Shown here one piece after another: positions 10,600 to 19,984 of a stretch of DNA of 64,000 nucleotides. Numbering within the stretch: position 1 is the stretch's first letter; each line of letters begins with the position of its first letter. Both the position numbers and the translations under genes were made by a program. The stretch is taken from NCBI GenBank assembly GCA_040386955.1, contig JAZKER010000043.1:1847-65846 (forward strand), given 5' to 3'. Source of the stretch: Verrucomicrobiota bacterium. Lineage in GTDB: Bacteria > Verrucomicrobiota > Verrucomicrobiia > Verrucomicrobiales > Verrucomicrobiaceae. The notes beneath the pieces are model-generated. The model was not told the origin of the DNA and searched no databases. It worked only from the letters and a program-made list of their open reading frames with translations.

Positions 10600-11280
10600 T
10601 CACCTTACAAAATCTTCGAGATATGTCTGGAGAAGCCGATGTGCGTAGAAAAGCCTGGATCTCACAGTGCCTTCTGACACCCCGAGAATCTTGCTGATCT
10701 CGTTGTGCTGGAGGCCCTGGACATCGTAGAGAGTCACTACGGTTCGGTGATCTTCCGACAGCTTCATCATGGCGGTGTTCAATCTTTTTTGCAGCTCATG
10801 AATGTTTACCTCCCGCACGGTGTCCCGGTTCGCGGTGGTGATTTTAATGAATTCGGGGTCGTTTTGGATGCCGTTGTCCACGTCATCCAGGCTGATTTTG
10901 GCATGCCGACCCCGTTTTTTCAGGAAATTGAGGGTCATGTTCACCGAGATCGAATAGATCCAGGTGTAAAAGGAGGACTTGCCCATGAACCGCTTCAGTG
11001 AGCGGTAGGCCTTGGCAAAGATCTCCTGCAGCAGATCGGCGGTGTCCTCCCGGTTGGAGGTCATGTTGTACACCAGGCCGTAAAGCTTCGGCGTGTATTT
11101 GCGGACGAGTTCGTCAAAGGCACGGGTGTCCCCGGCCTGGGCGCGTTCCACCAGCGCCCGGTCTTCGGCTGCGCTGCTGCTGGCTGGGGGCTGATCCGTC
11201 GAGGTCTCCATGTTTCCGCTGACCGTGCGATCTGTGTCGCACGATTTCTTGAGCAAACCATCCATCGGGGAGTCAGACAA
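10600..11280 (-). CDS. ECF-type RNA polymerase sigma-70 family factor
   Basis: Region 2: FDELVRKYTPKLYGLVYNMTSNREDTADLLQEIFAKAY. Region 4 HTH: LYDVQGLQHNEISKILGVSEGTVRSRLFYAHRLL. Confidence 0.85.
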   Translation of the reverse strand: MSDSPMDGLLKKSCDTDRTVSGNMETSTDQPPASSSAAEDRALVERAQAGDTRAFDELVRKYTPKLYGLVYNMTSNREDTADLLQEIFAKAYRSLKRFMGKSSFYTWIYSISVNMTLNFLKKRGRHAKISLDDVDNGIQNDPEFIKITTANRDTVREVNIHELQKRLNTAMMKLSEDHRTVVTLYDVQGLQHNEISKILGVSEGTVRSRLFYAHRLLQTYLEDFVR

Positions 11281-11304
11281 GCTTTTCTTCTGGTAGGGGG
11301 TGAA

Positions 11305-11667
11305 TCAGGGGCGGGTCAGGCGGACGGCGACGTGGTCGCATCCAGGCAAGATACGTTTGCGAAGCTGCACTGTGACAGACTTCGCTCCAAACTCGCTCAA
11401 TGCGCAGGATGCCATTTCGGCGGCCAGGGTCTCAATCAGCTGCCGGGGCCGGGCCGCAGCCAGGGCACGCAGGCGTGTAGCCACGGCCGCGTAGTCCGTG
11501 GTCAGCCCCAGATTGTCTTCCATGTCCTCAAACTTCGTCGCCACCCGCAGCGTGATATCGGCCTGCAGGGTCTGCCAGGCGGCACGCTCTTCCTCCGGAA
11601 CGCCGATTTGCACAGGCAGATCCAGCCCTTGGATCAGGATTTCATCAGCGGGGGCAGGGGAACTCAT
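11305..11667 (-). CDS. folB: Dihydroneopterin aldolase
   Basis: About 120 aa. ILIQGLDLPVQIGVPEEERAAWQTLQADITL...DYAAV...IETLAAEMA is the FolB pattern. It overlaps the upstream HAD gene by 4 nt. Confidence 0.8.
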   Translation of the reverse strand: MSSPAPADEILIQGLDLPVQIGVPEEERAAWQTLQADITLRVATKFEDMEDNLGLTTDYAAVATRLRALAAARPRQLIETLAAEMASCALSEFGAKSVTVQLRKRILPGCDHVAVRLTRP

Positions 11668-12320
11668 GCACCCACTGTCAGCGAGCGCATCAGATGTGTC
11701 AAAGCCGACAGGTTCCTGACCAGAATATCAGGCTCGGCCTGCATGAGCGTGGGCACCGATTCATAACCTGTGGCGGTGGCGATGGTGGTCAGTCCGCCCG
11801 CTTTGCCGGCATGAATATCATGCCGCATGTCCCCCACAAAGGCTGTCTCTTCAGGTGCCAGTCCATGTTTCGTCAGCAGATCGTGGACATGGGTGCACTT
11901 GTCGATGACTCCGCAGTGCAGATGCTCAAAGAAATGGTCCACCCCGTTCACCCGGGCCTGCGCCAGCACATGCTCCAGAGGTGCGCTGCTGCACACAAAC
12001 ATGCGTCGACCGGTATCTGCAGCGAACTGCAGGAACTCCTGCGCGTGCTCGATCATCGGCACAGCATGGCTGTCGTCTTCAGGAAAATGTTTCAGGTAGA
12101 GCGCCTGAAGGTCTGTCAGGGGGACATCCGGCAGGATGTCGCGGTAAAACTCCGTGTAAGGCAGCCGAAAGAGTTCACGGAACGCCTCCCGGCTGAGGAC
12201 GGGTTTCGCGTAGTGGGTCATGACGCGGTTGGTGGCCGTGATCACGGCACCGAGGTCATCGGCCAGCGTGCCGGACCAGTCGAGGATGAGATTGCGGATC
12301 ATGCGGGCGGGGAAACCCAT
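11664..12320 (-). CDS. HAD-superfamily hydrolase (phosphatase)
   Basis: Motif I LILDWSGTLADD, motif III/IV VGDMRHDIHAGKAGG. Start may be the internal MIRNL at 12302. Confidence 0.75.
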   Translation of the reverse strand: MGFPARMIRNLILDWSGTLADDLGAVITATNRVMTHYAKPVLSREAFRELFRLPYTEFYRDILPDVPLTDLQALYLKHFPEDDSHAVPMIEHAQEFLQFAADTGRRMFVCSSAPLEHVLAQARVNGVDHFFEHLHCGVIDKCTHVHDLLTKHGLAPEETAFVGDMRHDIHAGKAGGLTTIATATGYESVPTLMQAEPDILVRNLSALTHLMRSLTVGA

Positions 12321-12519
12321 GTTTAAGTCACGATCGAGCGAGTCTCAAGAGAGGTCCGCCTTATTCGTTGTCCCTTGACGGCGATTTTTGCATGGCCTGG
12401 GCATCGGATGAAATTCGCTGCTGGACATCCTCTGGCGCGTCGTTTCCAATACCGCCCGCGCCGGAAACAAGCGCGTCTTTTAGCGATTCAAACCAACAAC
12501 CGACAGCAACCCCTACCTT

Positions 12520-13383
12520 ATGGCAAAAATCGAATTTGGCTCCCAGGTCTACACCTGGTTCATGCAGGGCACCGGCAAGGGCTACGACAATAAACTGGAC
12601 CACATGATCAAGGTGGCTGGCGAGGCCGGCTTCACGGGCATCGAGCCGATGGTCCTCCAGATTTCTGAAAGCGCCCTCGGCTGCGGCAAATATTGGCTGG
12701 GTGATTTCTGCGATCCGATCCGTCTCAAGGACGCTTTGCAGGAGCATAACGTCAAGCTCGCCGGTCTGGCCCTCGTTTGCGGCTGGGATGGCGATGAAGA
12801 GACTCCGGCTGAAAAGGAGGCTGCTGATTTCACCCTCGATCTCCTCAAACATTTCCCCGGTTCCATGCTGGGCACCGTCACGCTGCCAAGCGGTCGCAAA
12901 AACGACCTTCAGCGCCGTCGTCTGAATGTGGCCCGCAACGTGAACAACGTCTCCAAGCGCGCAGCCGACCTGGGCATCAAGGCCTCCTACCATCCAAACA
13001 GCCCGCCGCCCTCCCTCGTCCGCACCCAGGAGGACTACGACGTGGTCCTGAGCAGCCTCGATCCCAAAGTCACCGGCTGGACGCCTGATGTCGGCCACAT
13101 CATCCGTGGCGGCATGGATGTCATCGCCACGCTGAACAAATTCCAGCACCTGGTGAACCACATCCATTACAAGGATTACTCCGGCAATGGGCCTGAGCCA
13201 TGGGCGCAGATGGGCACCGGCAAGCTCGACTTCCACAAGATCACCGAGTGGCTTGTCGCCCGTAAATATGAAGGCTGGATCATCTGTGAAGATGAGGCCC
13301 ACATCGCCGTCGAAGATCCAGATGGTGTGACCAAGCAGAACGGCCAGTGGTGCAAGGAAAACCTTCACCCGCTGGTGGACTGA
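12520..13383 (+). CDS. Sugar phosphate isomerase/epimerase (xylose-isomerase-like TIM barrel)
   Basis: About 287 aa with GFTGIEP, YHPNS, PDVGHI, HIHYKD and ICEDE blocks typical of AP-endonuclease-2/xylose-isomerase-like barrels. Confidence 0.75.
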   Translation: MAKIEFGSQVYTWFMQGTGKGYDNKLDHMIKVAGEAGFTGIEPMVLQISESALGCGKYWLGDFCDPIRLKDALQEHNVKLAGLALVCGWDGDEETPAEKEAADFTLDLLKHFPGSMLGTVTLPSGRKNDLQRRRLNVARNVNNVSKRAADLGIKASYHPNSPPPSLVRTQEDYDVVLSSLDPKVTGWTPDVGHIIRGGMDVIATLNKFQHLVNHIHYKDYSGNGPEPWAQMGTGKLDFHKITEWLVARKYEGWIICEDEAHIAVEDPDGVTKQNGQWCKENLHPLVD

Positions 13384-13487
13384 GCTAACCAACTTTGATT
13401 CCATGCCGCCTCGTCGGGTGGCGTGGCTTTTGCCCCGCATGAACAGTGCCTGAGTTTATTCTCGGGCGGTTCTGCGGGGCTTTTATT

Positions 13488-16400
13488 TTATGCGGCGCAG
13501 TCAGCCTCAGGGGCTTTTCTGCGCCGCGTCAGCCAGAGGCCGACAGCGACGATCAACAGCATGGGCCGCGAAGGTTCGGGCACAAGCGTCACCATCAGCG
13601 TACCCTGAGTGTAGAGGTTGCTCAGGTCCCACATCAGACCTGGGCTCAGCGACGGCAGATCGGCCTGTGCAAAGGTGCCGTAAACAGGCTCCACCAGTCC
13701 GCTCCAGTCAAACAGCTTCCAGGTATCGCCATGGGCAAATCCGGTCATCTGCAAAGGATTGCCCACGCGCAGGGTGGTTCCTGTTCCAAGGCTCAGCGTA
13801 TTCGTCACGACCAGGAGGTCGGCCGCATTCGCATTGCCAGACTGGTCCAGGCCCAGACCTGCCCCGGAGAAAAGGTCCAGGTCAAAAAAGGATGTACCCT
13901 CCATCATCATCGCGCTGCCGCCGTTCATGGAGATTTCCAGTCGGCCCGCTGCTGGGGTTGCCAGGGTATTGTTGCCGACGCTGAGCGTGCCTCCGTTGAT
14001 GGTGATGTATTGGTCCGCTGCAGGAGCGATGCGTCCCGTGCCGCCCAGGGTCGCACCCGGCTGCACGAACACGCTGCCCAGCCCGGTGGCAGATCCTGCC
14101 ACATTTCCGGCCAGCAGGGTGCCCTCATTCACATAGGTGCCCCCCGTGTGCGTGCTGCCGCCGGTCAGCATCCAGGTGCCGCTTCCATACTTCTCCAGCA
14201 CCACTCCGGGTGCACCTGAAGCGGGTAGGGTATTGCCGATGCTGACGATTTCATTCGCCCCCGCATTGCTGCCACCCAGGCGCAGGTAACGCGGTGCCAG
14301 GTTGCTCCCTCCCGCCGTAAAGGGACTGGTGAACTTCACCGTCCCGGTGCCTGTGTTTTCGATGTTGGCAGTGACGGACAAGACATCGCGGATGACATCG
14401 CTGTTGATGATGGCGACCGGTCGGTTCGTCACGGAATCAGTGCTGCCAATGTAACGCAGGGTGGAGACGGCGGCGATGTTCATCGCCGAGGTGGTCAGGC
14501 TCGTCATTTCAATGATGGCTGCCGAAGCGTTGGCATTGCCCGTGCCTAGAGAGCTGGGCAGGCCTACATCGGCCAGGCGGGTCACTTCCACGGTGTCCCG
14601 CGAAAGGATCGTTTTGCCTTTGAATGTGTTCGCCGGACCCAGCTGGGTGGTGCCGATGCTGATGGTCAGGTTCAGATTGTCTTCATGAAGGCCAGGTCCC
14701 CCGATGTAGCCATTGCGGAAATCATGGGTCCCTGTCGCATAGGTCAAAAAGGTGGAGTAATTGCTGCTGCCGCCCACCAGGGCATTGGCGGAGCCATAGC
14801 CCTCCGCGCGCAGGCCGCCGTACTGGGTGATCGGCACCGTGCCGTTGCCCAGCACCAGTCTGCCGCTCGCCGCGCCTGAACCCAGGGTGAAGACGCCGCT
14901 GTGATACACCGGGTACACGATGGTGCTGCCTGTGCTGGAGGCCAGTTGCAAGGTTCCCTCCAGGATGCGGGTGGAGCCGCTGTAGTCACCGGCCAGGTAA
15001 CCTGCGGCATACTCGAGCAGGAGCGTTCCAGGCCCGGCCTTGGTCAGTCCGGCTACTGTGCCACCGGCGTTGTTGCTGATCTTTCCTGTGATCTTCAGCA
15101 ATCCTTGCGTGTTGTTTTGAATGATCACCAGATCTGCGGCAGAGGCCGGTGCGCGCAGGGTGCTGGCAGCGATGGTGATGTCATTTGCCCCCACTTCGGG
15201 TGTCACCAGGATGCCTCCCGTGGTCAGGATGCGTCCTGTGACATCCTGCGTGACGGTCGTCACCTGAGGCTGGTTGAACCGCAGGCTGGAGATGCTGGTG
15301 TTTGCCGAAAGGGTGGTCGTGGTGACGCTGGCGGCAATATCCGCATTCCCCTCCAGCGCTGTGGCTGTGCTGGCGGTATAACCACTGATGCTGGAAAGCC
15401 CCACGATGTTCCGGGAGGCTGTGGCAGAGGTGGCAGTGGCTGCCCAGTCGCTGGTACCCACGGTGGCATAGGCCACGCCTCCCGTGCCGGTCAGCAGGGT
15501 GTTGTTGGCCCCGGTCGTTGTAGTGATGGTCCCGGTGGTGGGCAGGTCAAACCGCATCACGGCGGCGGCTGGCCGCGTGATTGTTGTGAAGTTCAGGCTC
15601 AGGCTTGCGGCTCCATTTTGCTGGGCCGAAATGCGGTAGCTGCCAGCCGTGCCCAGGGTCACTGTGGTCAGGGCTTGGCTGTTGGTGGCCCCACTTTTTC
15701 CAGTGAGGATGAGGGTGGAGCTGTTGCTCAGGGAAAGCGCTGCCGCTGTCACACCGGTATAAAGCATGTTGGCTGCCGGGGCCGTGGTGCCGGCGAAGTT
15801 GAGGCTCAGCGTGCCATTGGTCACGGTCGTGGTGCCTGTGGCGGTGTTGGTGCCGTTCATCGTCAAAGTGCCCCGGCCTTCCTTGGTCACGGTGCCGGTG
15901 GCCAGGGCCAAGTTGCCCCGCAGATCAATGTTGCCATTGCCGCTAAAGGTCAGTCCCTGGCCACTGTTTTGCGCCGTGATGCCGCTGAGGATCAGCGTGC
16001 CGCTGTCGGAGGCGATCTTGGCCGCTCCTTGCAGACGCAGCACGGCGGAAAGGGTGTTGGTGCCGCTGAGGTTGCGGATGGCCCCATCCAGCGCGATGCC
16101 CTGGCCATTGGCCTGAATGTTCTCCGCCACGGTGATGTCACCGGCCAGATTCAGCGAGGCCCCGGTCATCACCTTGGTGATGCTGCTGCCCGCAGCGCCT
16201 AACGAAGTATTGTTCCGAATTTCGAGGATTCCGCTGTGTACGGCCACCGTGCCGGTAAAGCTGCTGGCCCCGGTCAGGACCGTTCGGCCACTGCCATTGA
16301 TCATCAAAGACACAATGCCCGTGCCGTTGTTCTTGATCCCTGAATTCACCGTCAGCGTGCTAGTTCCGGAGAGGTTGGTCAGGATCACTTGGCCCGCTGC

Positions 16401-18092
16401 ATTGTCTGCTGCGCCTGCGGTCAGGCTGCTGCCATCTCCCGGCTGGCCCACGGTGAGATGGCGTGCTCCGTTCACCACCTGGAGGCCGCCGATTTCACCC
16501 AGTCGCAGGGTGTTGGTTCCGCCGATGTTCAGCACCCGGTCCGCCGTGCTGTCCGTCATGGAAAGGGTGGCGATGCTGGTCAACGGTGCAGCCTGTGAAA
16601 CCTCGCCCGTTGACAGGGCGGAGAGCCGCAGGTGGGCTGTGGGATTCTCGGTCAATGGAACTCCGGTGGCATGCTCCGTCGTTCCCATGAAGTGGCCCAC
16701 CACACCGTCTGTCAGACCTGCCCAGGTGCTGGTCTTACCATCGGCACTGGTGTAAGTGGCCCAGGGGCCGATGAATGTATTACCCGAACCTCCCGCCGTG
16801 GCGGTGATGCTGCCAGCTGCCGGGCCGCGGATGGCCAGGGCACTCAGGTCGCTGCGCACCACGTCCCCCAGCGCCAGGCTGGCACTGCCACCTGTGCCGG
16901 AGAAAACTTCAATGGCTGTGGCCCCCTGCTGCACGTTCAGGCCGCCGAAGCTCTGGCTGTTGCTTTCGCCAGCAGCACCGTTCATCCGCAAGATGGTGGG
17001 GACCACCTGCCCGCCGATGAGGGTCAGGGCTCCCGGGGTGGTGCCATGGTAAAAGATGTTGCTATCCGGGGCGGAGGCAGCCGTGAAGTCCAGAATGTTC
17101 AGGCCGCCTTCCGTGGCCACCGTTTCACTCGTGCTTGTGAGGCTGGTCAGCCTGCCCAGCACCGTGCCGCCCGTGTAGGTGTTGGCCGCGCTGTAGGTCG
17201 TGGCGAGAACGGAGGTCGTCAGCACGGGAGCGTAGGCCGTGCGGGTGAAGGTCTTGCTGCTTCCGGGCGTCTCGGTGATGGGGGATGAAATGACGGCGTT
17301 CAGCACATTGATATGCGTATGAAAACGGGCATCGCCGCTCAGCGTGATGCCTCCCGTAAAGTTGGTGCCCGAAGTGCCCACCCGAATGGCTCCCCACTGG
17401 GCTCCACCGATCCCGGCAATCGTCATCGGCAGGGCAAAGTTGCCCGCGCCCGAGGTGGAGGCCACGGATCCCGGTTCCACCACCATCCGCTCCAGTCCAG
17501 CAAAGCGCGTGGGATTCACCGTCAGATAAATGCCGCCTGTCACATCGGCGGAGCTTTTCAGCGTCAGTGTGCCGGTGAGGTTGGGATTGGCCACATTGAG
17601 ATTGATGTAGCCCAGCAGGGGGCCTTCCGGTTTGTTCATCACCAAATTATGCCCTGCCAGCGGCACATTCACCTGAACGAATCCGGAACTGCCATTGGTG
17701 GCCCCGGACGAAATGCTCAGCACGGAGCCGGCGGCGAAATTCAGCGAGCCGCTGCCGATGAAGGAATAGGCCAGGTTTGCACTCGGCAGACTGGCGGAGA
17801 TGGGCAGGAAATTCAGGCCAGAAAGCGAGATGGCCTCATTCACCGTGATGGCCGCACCCGCATTGGTGGTGGTGGCGCCCAGCTGAGCGATGGCGTTGCC
17901 TGACCATGTCTGGTAAGCCGCCCCATCATACCAGCGCAGGTCCGTGAGATTCCAGGTGCCGGCGGCATTGTCAATGACACCGGAGGTGCCCAGATTTCCA
18001 TCCCAGGTAAACAGGGGAGCCTGTGCCTGGGCAGACGGACTGGCCATCAAGGCCGCCGTGATTGCAACCAACGGGGAAAGAACAAAACGCAT
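13488..18092 (-). CDS. Giant surface protein: autotransporter-associated beta-strand repeats with C-terminal PEP-CTERM sorting signal
   Basis: Likely start is MRFVLSPLVAITAALMASPSAQA; the ORF is open to 18218. Dozens of G/T/S/N-rich beta-helix repeats, e.g. GGSTHTGGTYVNEGTLLAGN. C-terminus is VPEPSRPMLLIVAVGLWLTRRRK. Confidence 0.8.
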   Translation of the reverse strand: MRFVLSPLVAITAALMASPSAQAQAPLFTWDGNLGTSGVIDNAAGTWNLTDLRWYDGAAYQTWSGNAIAQLGATTTNAGAAITVNEAISLSGLNFLPISASLPSANLAYSFIGSGSLNFAAGSVLSISSGATNGSSGFVQVNVPLAGHNLVMNKPEGPLLGYINLNVANPNLTGTLTLKSSADVTGGIYLTVNPTRFAGLERMVVEPGSVASTSGAGNFALPMTIAGIGGAQWGAIRVGTSGTNFTGGITLSGDARFHTHINVLNAVISSPITETPGSSKTFTRTAYAPVLTTSVLATTYSAANTYTGGTVLGRLTSLTSTSETVATEGGLNILDFTAASAPDSNIFYHGTTPGALTLIGGQVVPTILRMNGAAGESNSQSFGGLNVQQGATAIEVFSGTGGSASLALGDVVRSDLSALAIRGPAAGSITATAGGSGNTFIGPWATYTSADGKTSTWAGLTDGVVGHFMGTTEHATGVPLTENPTAHLRLSALSTGEVSQAAPLTSIATLSMTDSTADRVLNIGGTNTLRLGEIGGLQVVNGARHLTVGQPGDGSSLTAGAADNAAGQVILTNLSGTSTLTVNSGIKNNGTGIVSLMINGSGRTVLTGASSFTGTVAVHSGILEIRNNTSLGAAGSSITKVMTGASLNLAGDITVAENIQANGQGIALDGAIRNLSGTNTLSAVLRLQGAAKIASDSGTLILSGITAQNSGQGLTFSGNGNIDLRGNLALATGTVTKEGRGTLTMNGTNTATGTTTVTNGTLSLNFAGTTAPAANMLYTGVTAAALSLSNSSTLILTGKSGATNSQALTTVTLGTAGSYRISAQQNGAASLSLNFTTITRPAAAVMRFDLPTTGTITTTTGANNTLLTGTGGVAYATVGTSDWAATATSATASRNIVGLSSISGYTASTATALEGNADIAASVTTTTLSANTSISSLRFNQPQVTTVTQDVTGRILTTGGILVTPEVGANDITIAASTLRAPASAADLVIIQNNTQGLLKITGKISNNAGGTVAGLTKAGPGTLLLEYAAGYLAGDYSGSTRILEGTLQLASSTGSTIVYPVYHSGVFTLGSGAASGRLVLGNGTVPITQYGGLRAEGYGSANALVGGSSNYSTFLTYATGTHDFRNGYIGGPGLHEDNLNLTISIGTTQLGPANTFKGKTILSRDTVEVTRLADVGLPSSLGTGNANASAAIIEMTSLTTSAMNIAAVSTLRYIGSTDSVTNRPVAIINSDVIRDVLSVTANIENTGTGTVKFTSPFTAGGSNLAPRYLRLGGSNAGANEIVSIGNTLPASGAPGVVLEKYGSGTWMLTGGSTHTGGTYVNEGTLLAGNVAGSATGLGSVFVQPGATLGGTGRIAPAADQYITINGGTLSVGNNTLATPAAGRLEISMNGGSAMMMEGTSFFDLDLFSGAGLGLDQSGNANAADLLVVTNTLSLGTGTTLRVGNPLQMTGFAHGDTWKLFDWSGLVEPVYGTFAQADLPSLSPGLMWDLSNLYTQGTLMVTLVPEPSRPMLLIVAVGLWLTRRRKAPEADCAA

Positions 18093-18347
18093 TTGCAGTG
18101 GGGGGTTGCTCCACTGCTCAGCACAAGATGCTCCAATACCGTCCCGGCGGCCCGTCTTGGGCATGGAAGTATCATTTGAAGGGATTCCTGGCGCATTCCG
18201 GCCCCCTCTTTGGCTCATGGCCGCCCGCTCTCATTCGATGAGCCTGCCTTCAAGGGGATGCGCAACCTCGCCGATTGTGACGCATCCCTGTGCGGATGTC
18301 ACGAATCGGCTTATCGAGGAAAGTACACCCCAGTGGCCGCGTAATGA

Positions 18348-19331
18348 TTGGCTTCCATGATTCGCACCCTTCTCACTCTCGCCGTGGCCGTGCTGGCCAC
18401 CACTGCCGCTTCGGCTCAAAACATCCGCGCCGGCATCATCGGCCTGGATACTTCGCACGTGCTGTCCTTTACCAAGACACTGAACACCGACCCTCAGAAG
18501 CCGGAAGTCATGGGAGTGCGCATGGTCGCCGCCTATCCGCAAGGATCCAAGGACATCGAAGGCAGTATCAAACGCGTGCCGGAATACACCGAGAAAGTGA
18601 AAGCCCTGGGCGTCGAAATCGTCCCCAGCATTGATGCCTTGCTCGATAAGGTGGATGTCGTGTTTCTGGAGACCAATGACGGCCGCCCTCACCTTGAGCA
18701 GTTGATTCCCTGCCTGAAGGCGGGCAAGCCTGTCTTCATTGACAAGCCCATCGCCGGCACTCTCGTGGATGCCATCAAGATCTTTGACGAGGCCAAGAAA
18801 GCCGGTGTGCCCGTTTTCTCCTCTTCATCGCTTCGGTTTGGCAAAAACACTCAGGCCGTACGCGCGGGCAGCATCGGCACCGTGAAGCAGGCAGAGACCT
18901 TCAGCCCTGCCTCGCTGGAGGCCACGCATCCGGATCTTTTCTGGTATGGCATCCACGGAGTGGAGAGCCTCTTCACCACCATGGGCACAGGCTGCCTTTC
19001 TGTGAAACGCGGCACCACCGCCGATGGCAAAATCATGGTCACGGGCACCTGGGCAGGCGGCCGCACCGGCACCTTTACCGAGGGCAAAGGCTACGGTGGC
19101 AAGGCCGTCGGTGACAAAGGCGAATCCCCCGTGGGTGCCTACGATGGATATGACCCGCTGCTGTTCGCCGCCGTGCACTTCTTCCGCACCGGCCAGGCCC
19201 CGGTGACTCCTGAGGAAACCTTGGAAATCTACGCATTCATGGAGGCTGCTGACGAAAGCAAGCGCCAGGGCGGGGCCGAAGTGACCCTGAAGTCCGTCAT
19301 GGACAAGGCCCAGGCTGAAGCTCGCAAATAA
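18348..19331 (+). CDS. Gfo/Idh/MocA-family oxidoreductase with signal peptide
   Basis: N-terminal signal followed by the Rossmann start IRAGIIGLDTSH. Also VDVVFLETNDGRPH and PVFIDKP. Confidence 0.8.
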   Translation: MASMIRTLLTLAVAVLATTAASAQNIRAGIIGLDTSHVLSFTKTLNTDPQKPEVMGVRMVAAYPQGSKDIEGSIKRVPEYTEKVKALGVEIVPSIDALLDKVDVVFLETNDGRPHLEQLIPCLKAGKPVFIDKPIAGTLVDAIKIFDEAKKAGVPVFSSSSLRFGKNTQAVRAGSIGTVKQAETFSPASLEATHPDLFWYGIHGVESLFTTMGTGCLSVKRGTTADGKIMVTGTWAGGRTGTFTEGKGYGGKAVGDKGESPVGAYDGYDPLLFAAVHFFRTGQAPVTPEETLEIYAFMEAADESKRQGGAEVTLKSVMDKAQAEARK

Positions 19332-19364
19332 GCTTTAGTCCGATTCCATTTCTACCTTATTGTT

Positions 19365-19402
19365 AGGCCTGTCATCTGCGGATGACAGGCCTTTCTTTTT
19401 TA
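19365..19402 (+). terminator. Strong rho-independent terminator
   Basis: A 12-bp perfect stem, aggcctgtcatc (19365-19376) with gatgacaggcct (19381-19392), loop tgcg, then ttctttttt. Confidence 0.85.
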
Positions 19403-19453
19403 CAGGCAAGTCAGACCTTGTATTTCATGACTGAACGTCTCCTTGTTGCCTTC

Positions 19454-19795
19454 ATGAACAAACCTGCCTGCCCGATGTGTGAAATGGATGACATTCTGGA
19501 TCACGCCGATCGTTTTGAATGCGCCACCTGCGGTCATGAATGGCCGCATGAAGCCGTGGCCGAGGTTCCTGACGCTGCCCGTGTGGTGAAGGATGCCTAT
19601 GGTCATGTGCTGGCCGATGGTGACATCGTGGCCATGATCAAGGATCTCAAGCTGGGCGGCACCTCCCAGGTGCTGAAGGTGGGAACCAAGTCCAAGCCCA
19701 TCCGTCTGGTGGATGGCGACCATGAAATCTCCTGCAAGATGGAGGGGCTCGCCATTGCCCTGAAGGCCTGTTTTGTGAAAAAGGTGACTGTCTAG
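19454..19795 (+). CDS. phnA: PhnA-family zinc-ribbon protein
   Basis: MNKPACPMCEMDD...FECATCGHEW zinc ribbon plus the C-terminal block VKDAYGHVLADGDIV...VKGT-like. The track start at 19382 lies inside the upstream terminator, so the ATG at 19454 (or 19427) is preferred. Confidence 0.85.
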   Translation: MNKPACPMCEMDDILDHADRFECATCGHEWPHEAVAEVPDAARVVKDAYGHVLADGDIVAMIKDLKLGGTSQVLKVGTKSKPIRLVDGDHEISCKMEGLAIALKACFVKKVTV

Positions 19796-19984
19796 CAGTG
19801 GCTCGTGGGGGAGGGGAATAGGGACTCCCTCTGAGAGAGCGATGTCTTAGAAGGGGGAAAAGGAAGATTTTTTGGCGAAGTTGAATCCAAAGGCGCACCA
19901 CCGTCGGATCAACCCGCCAAGGATGGTCACGCCGGGTTCAATCACGGGCCAGGGCAGACCGTCACAATCCTCCATCTGCCTACC

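Noticed and set aside
12361-13440. 359-aa minus-strand ORF
   Set aside because: It lies entirely antisense to the well-supported TIM-barrel isomerase gene (12520-13383). It has no recognisable motifs and a typical high-GC shadow-ORF composition.
19382-19453. Upstream extension of PhnA (track start at 19382)
   Set aside because: The extension begins inside the stem of the strong terminator at 19365-19402. PhnA family proteins start just before the CPxC ribbon, as with the ATG at 19454.
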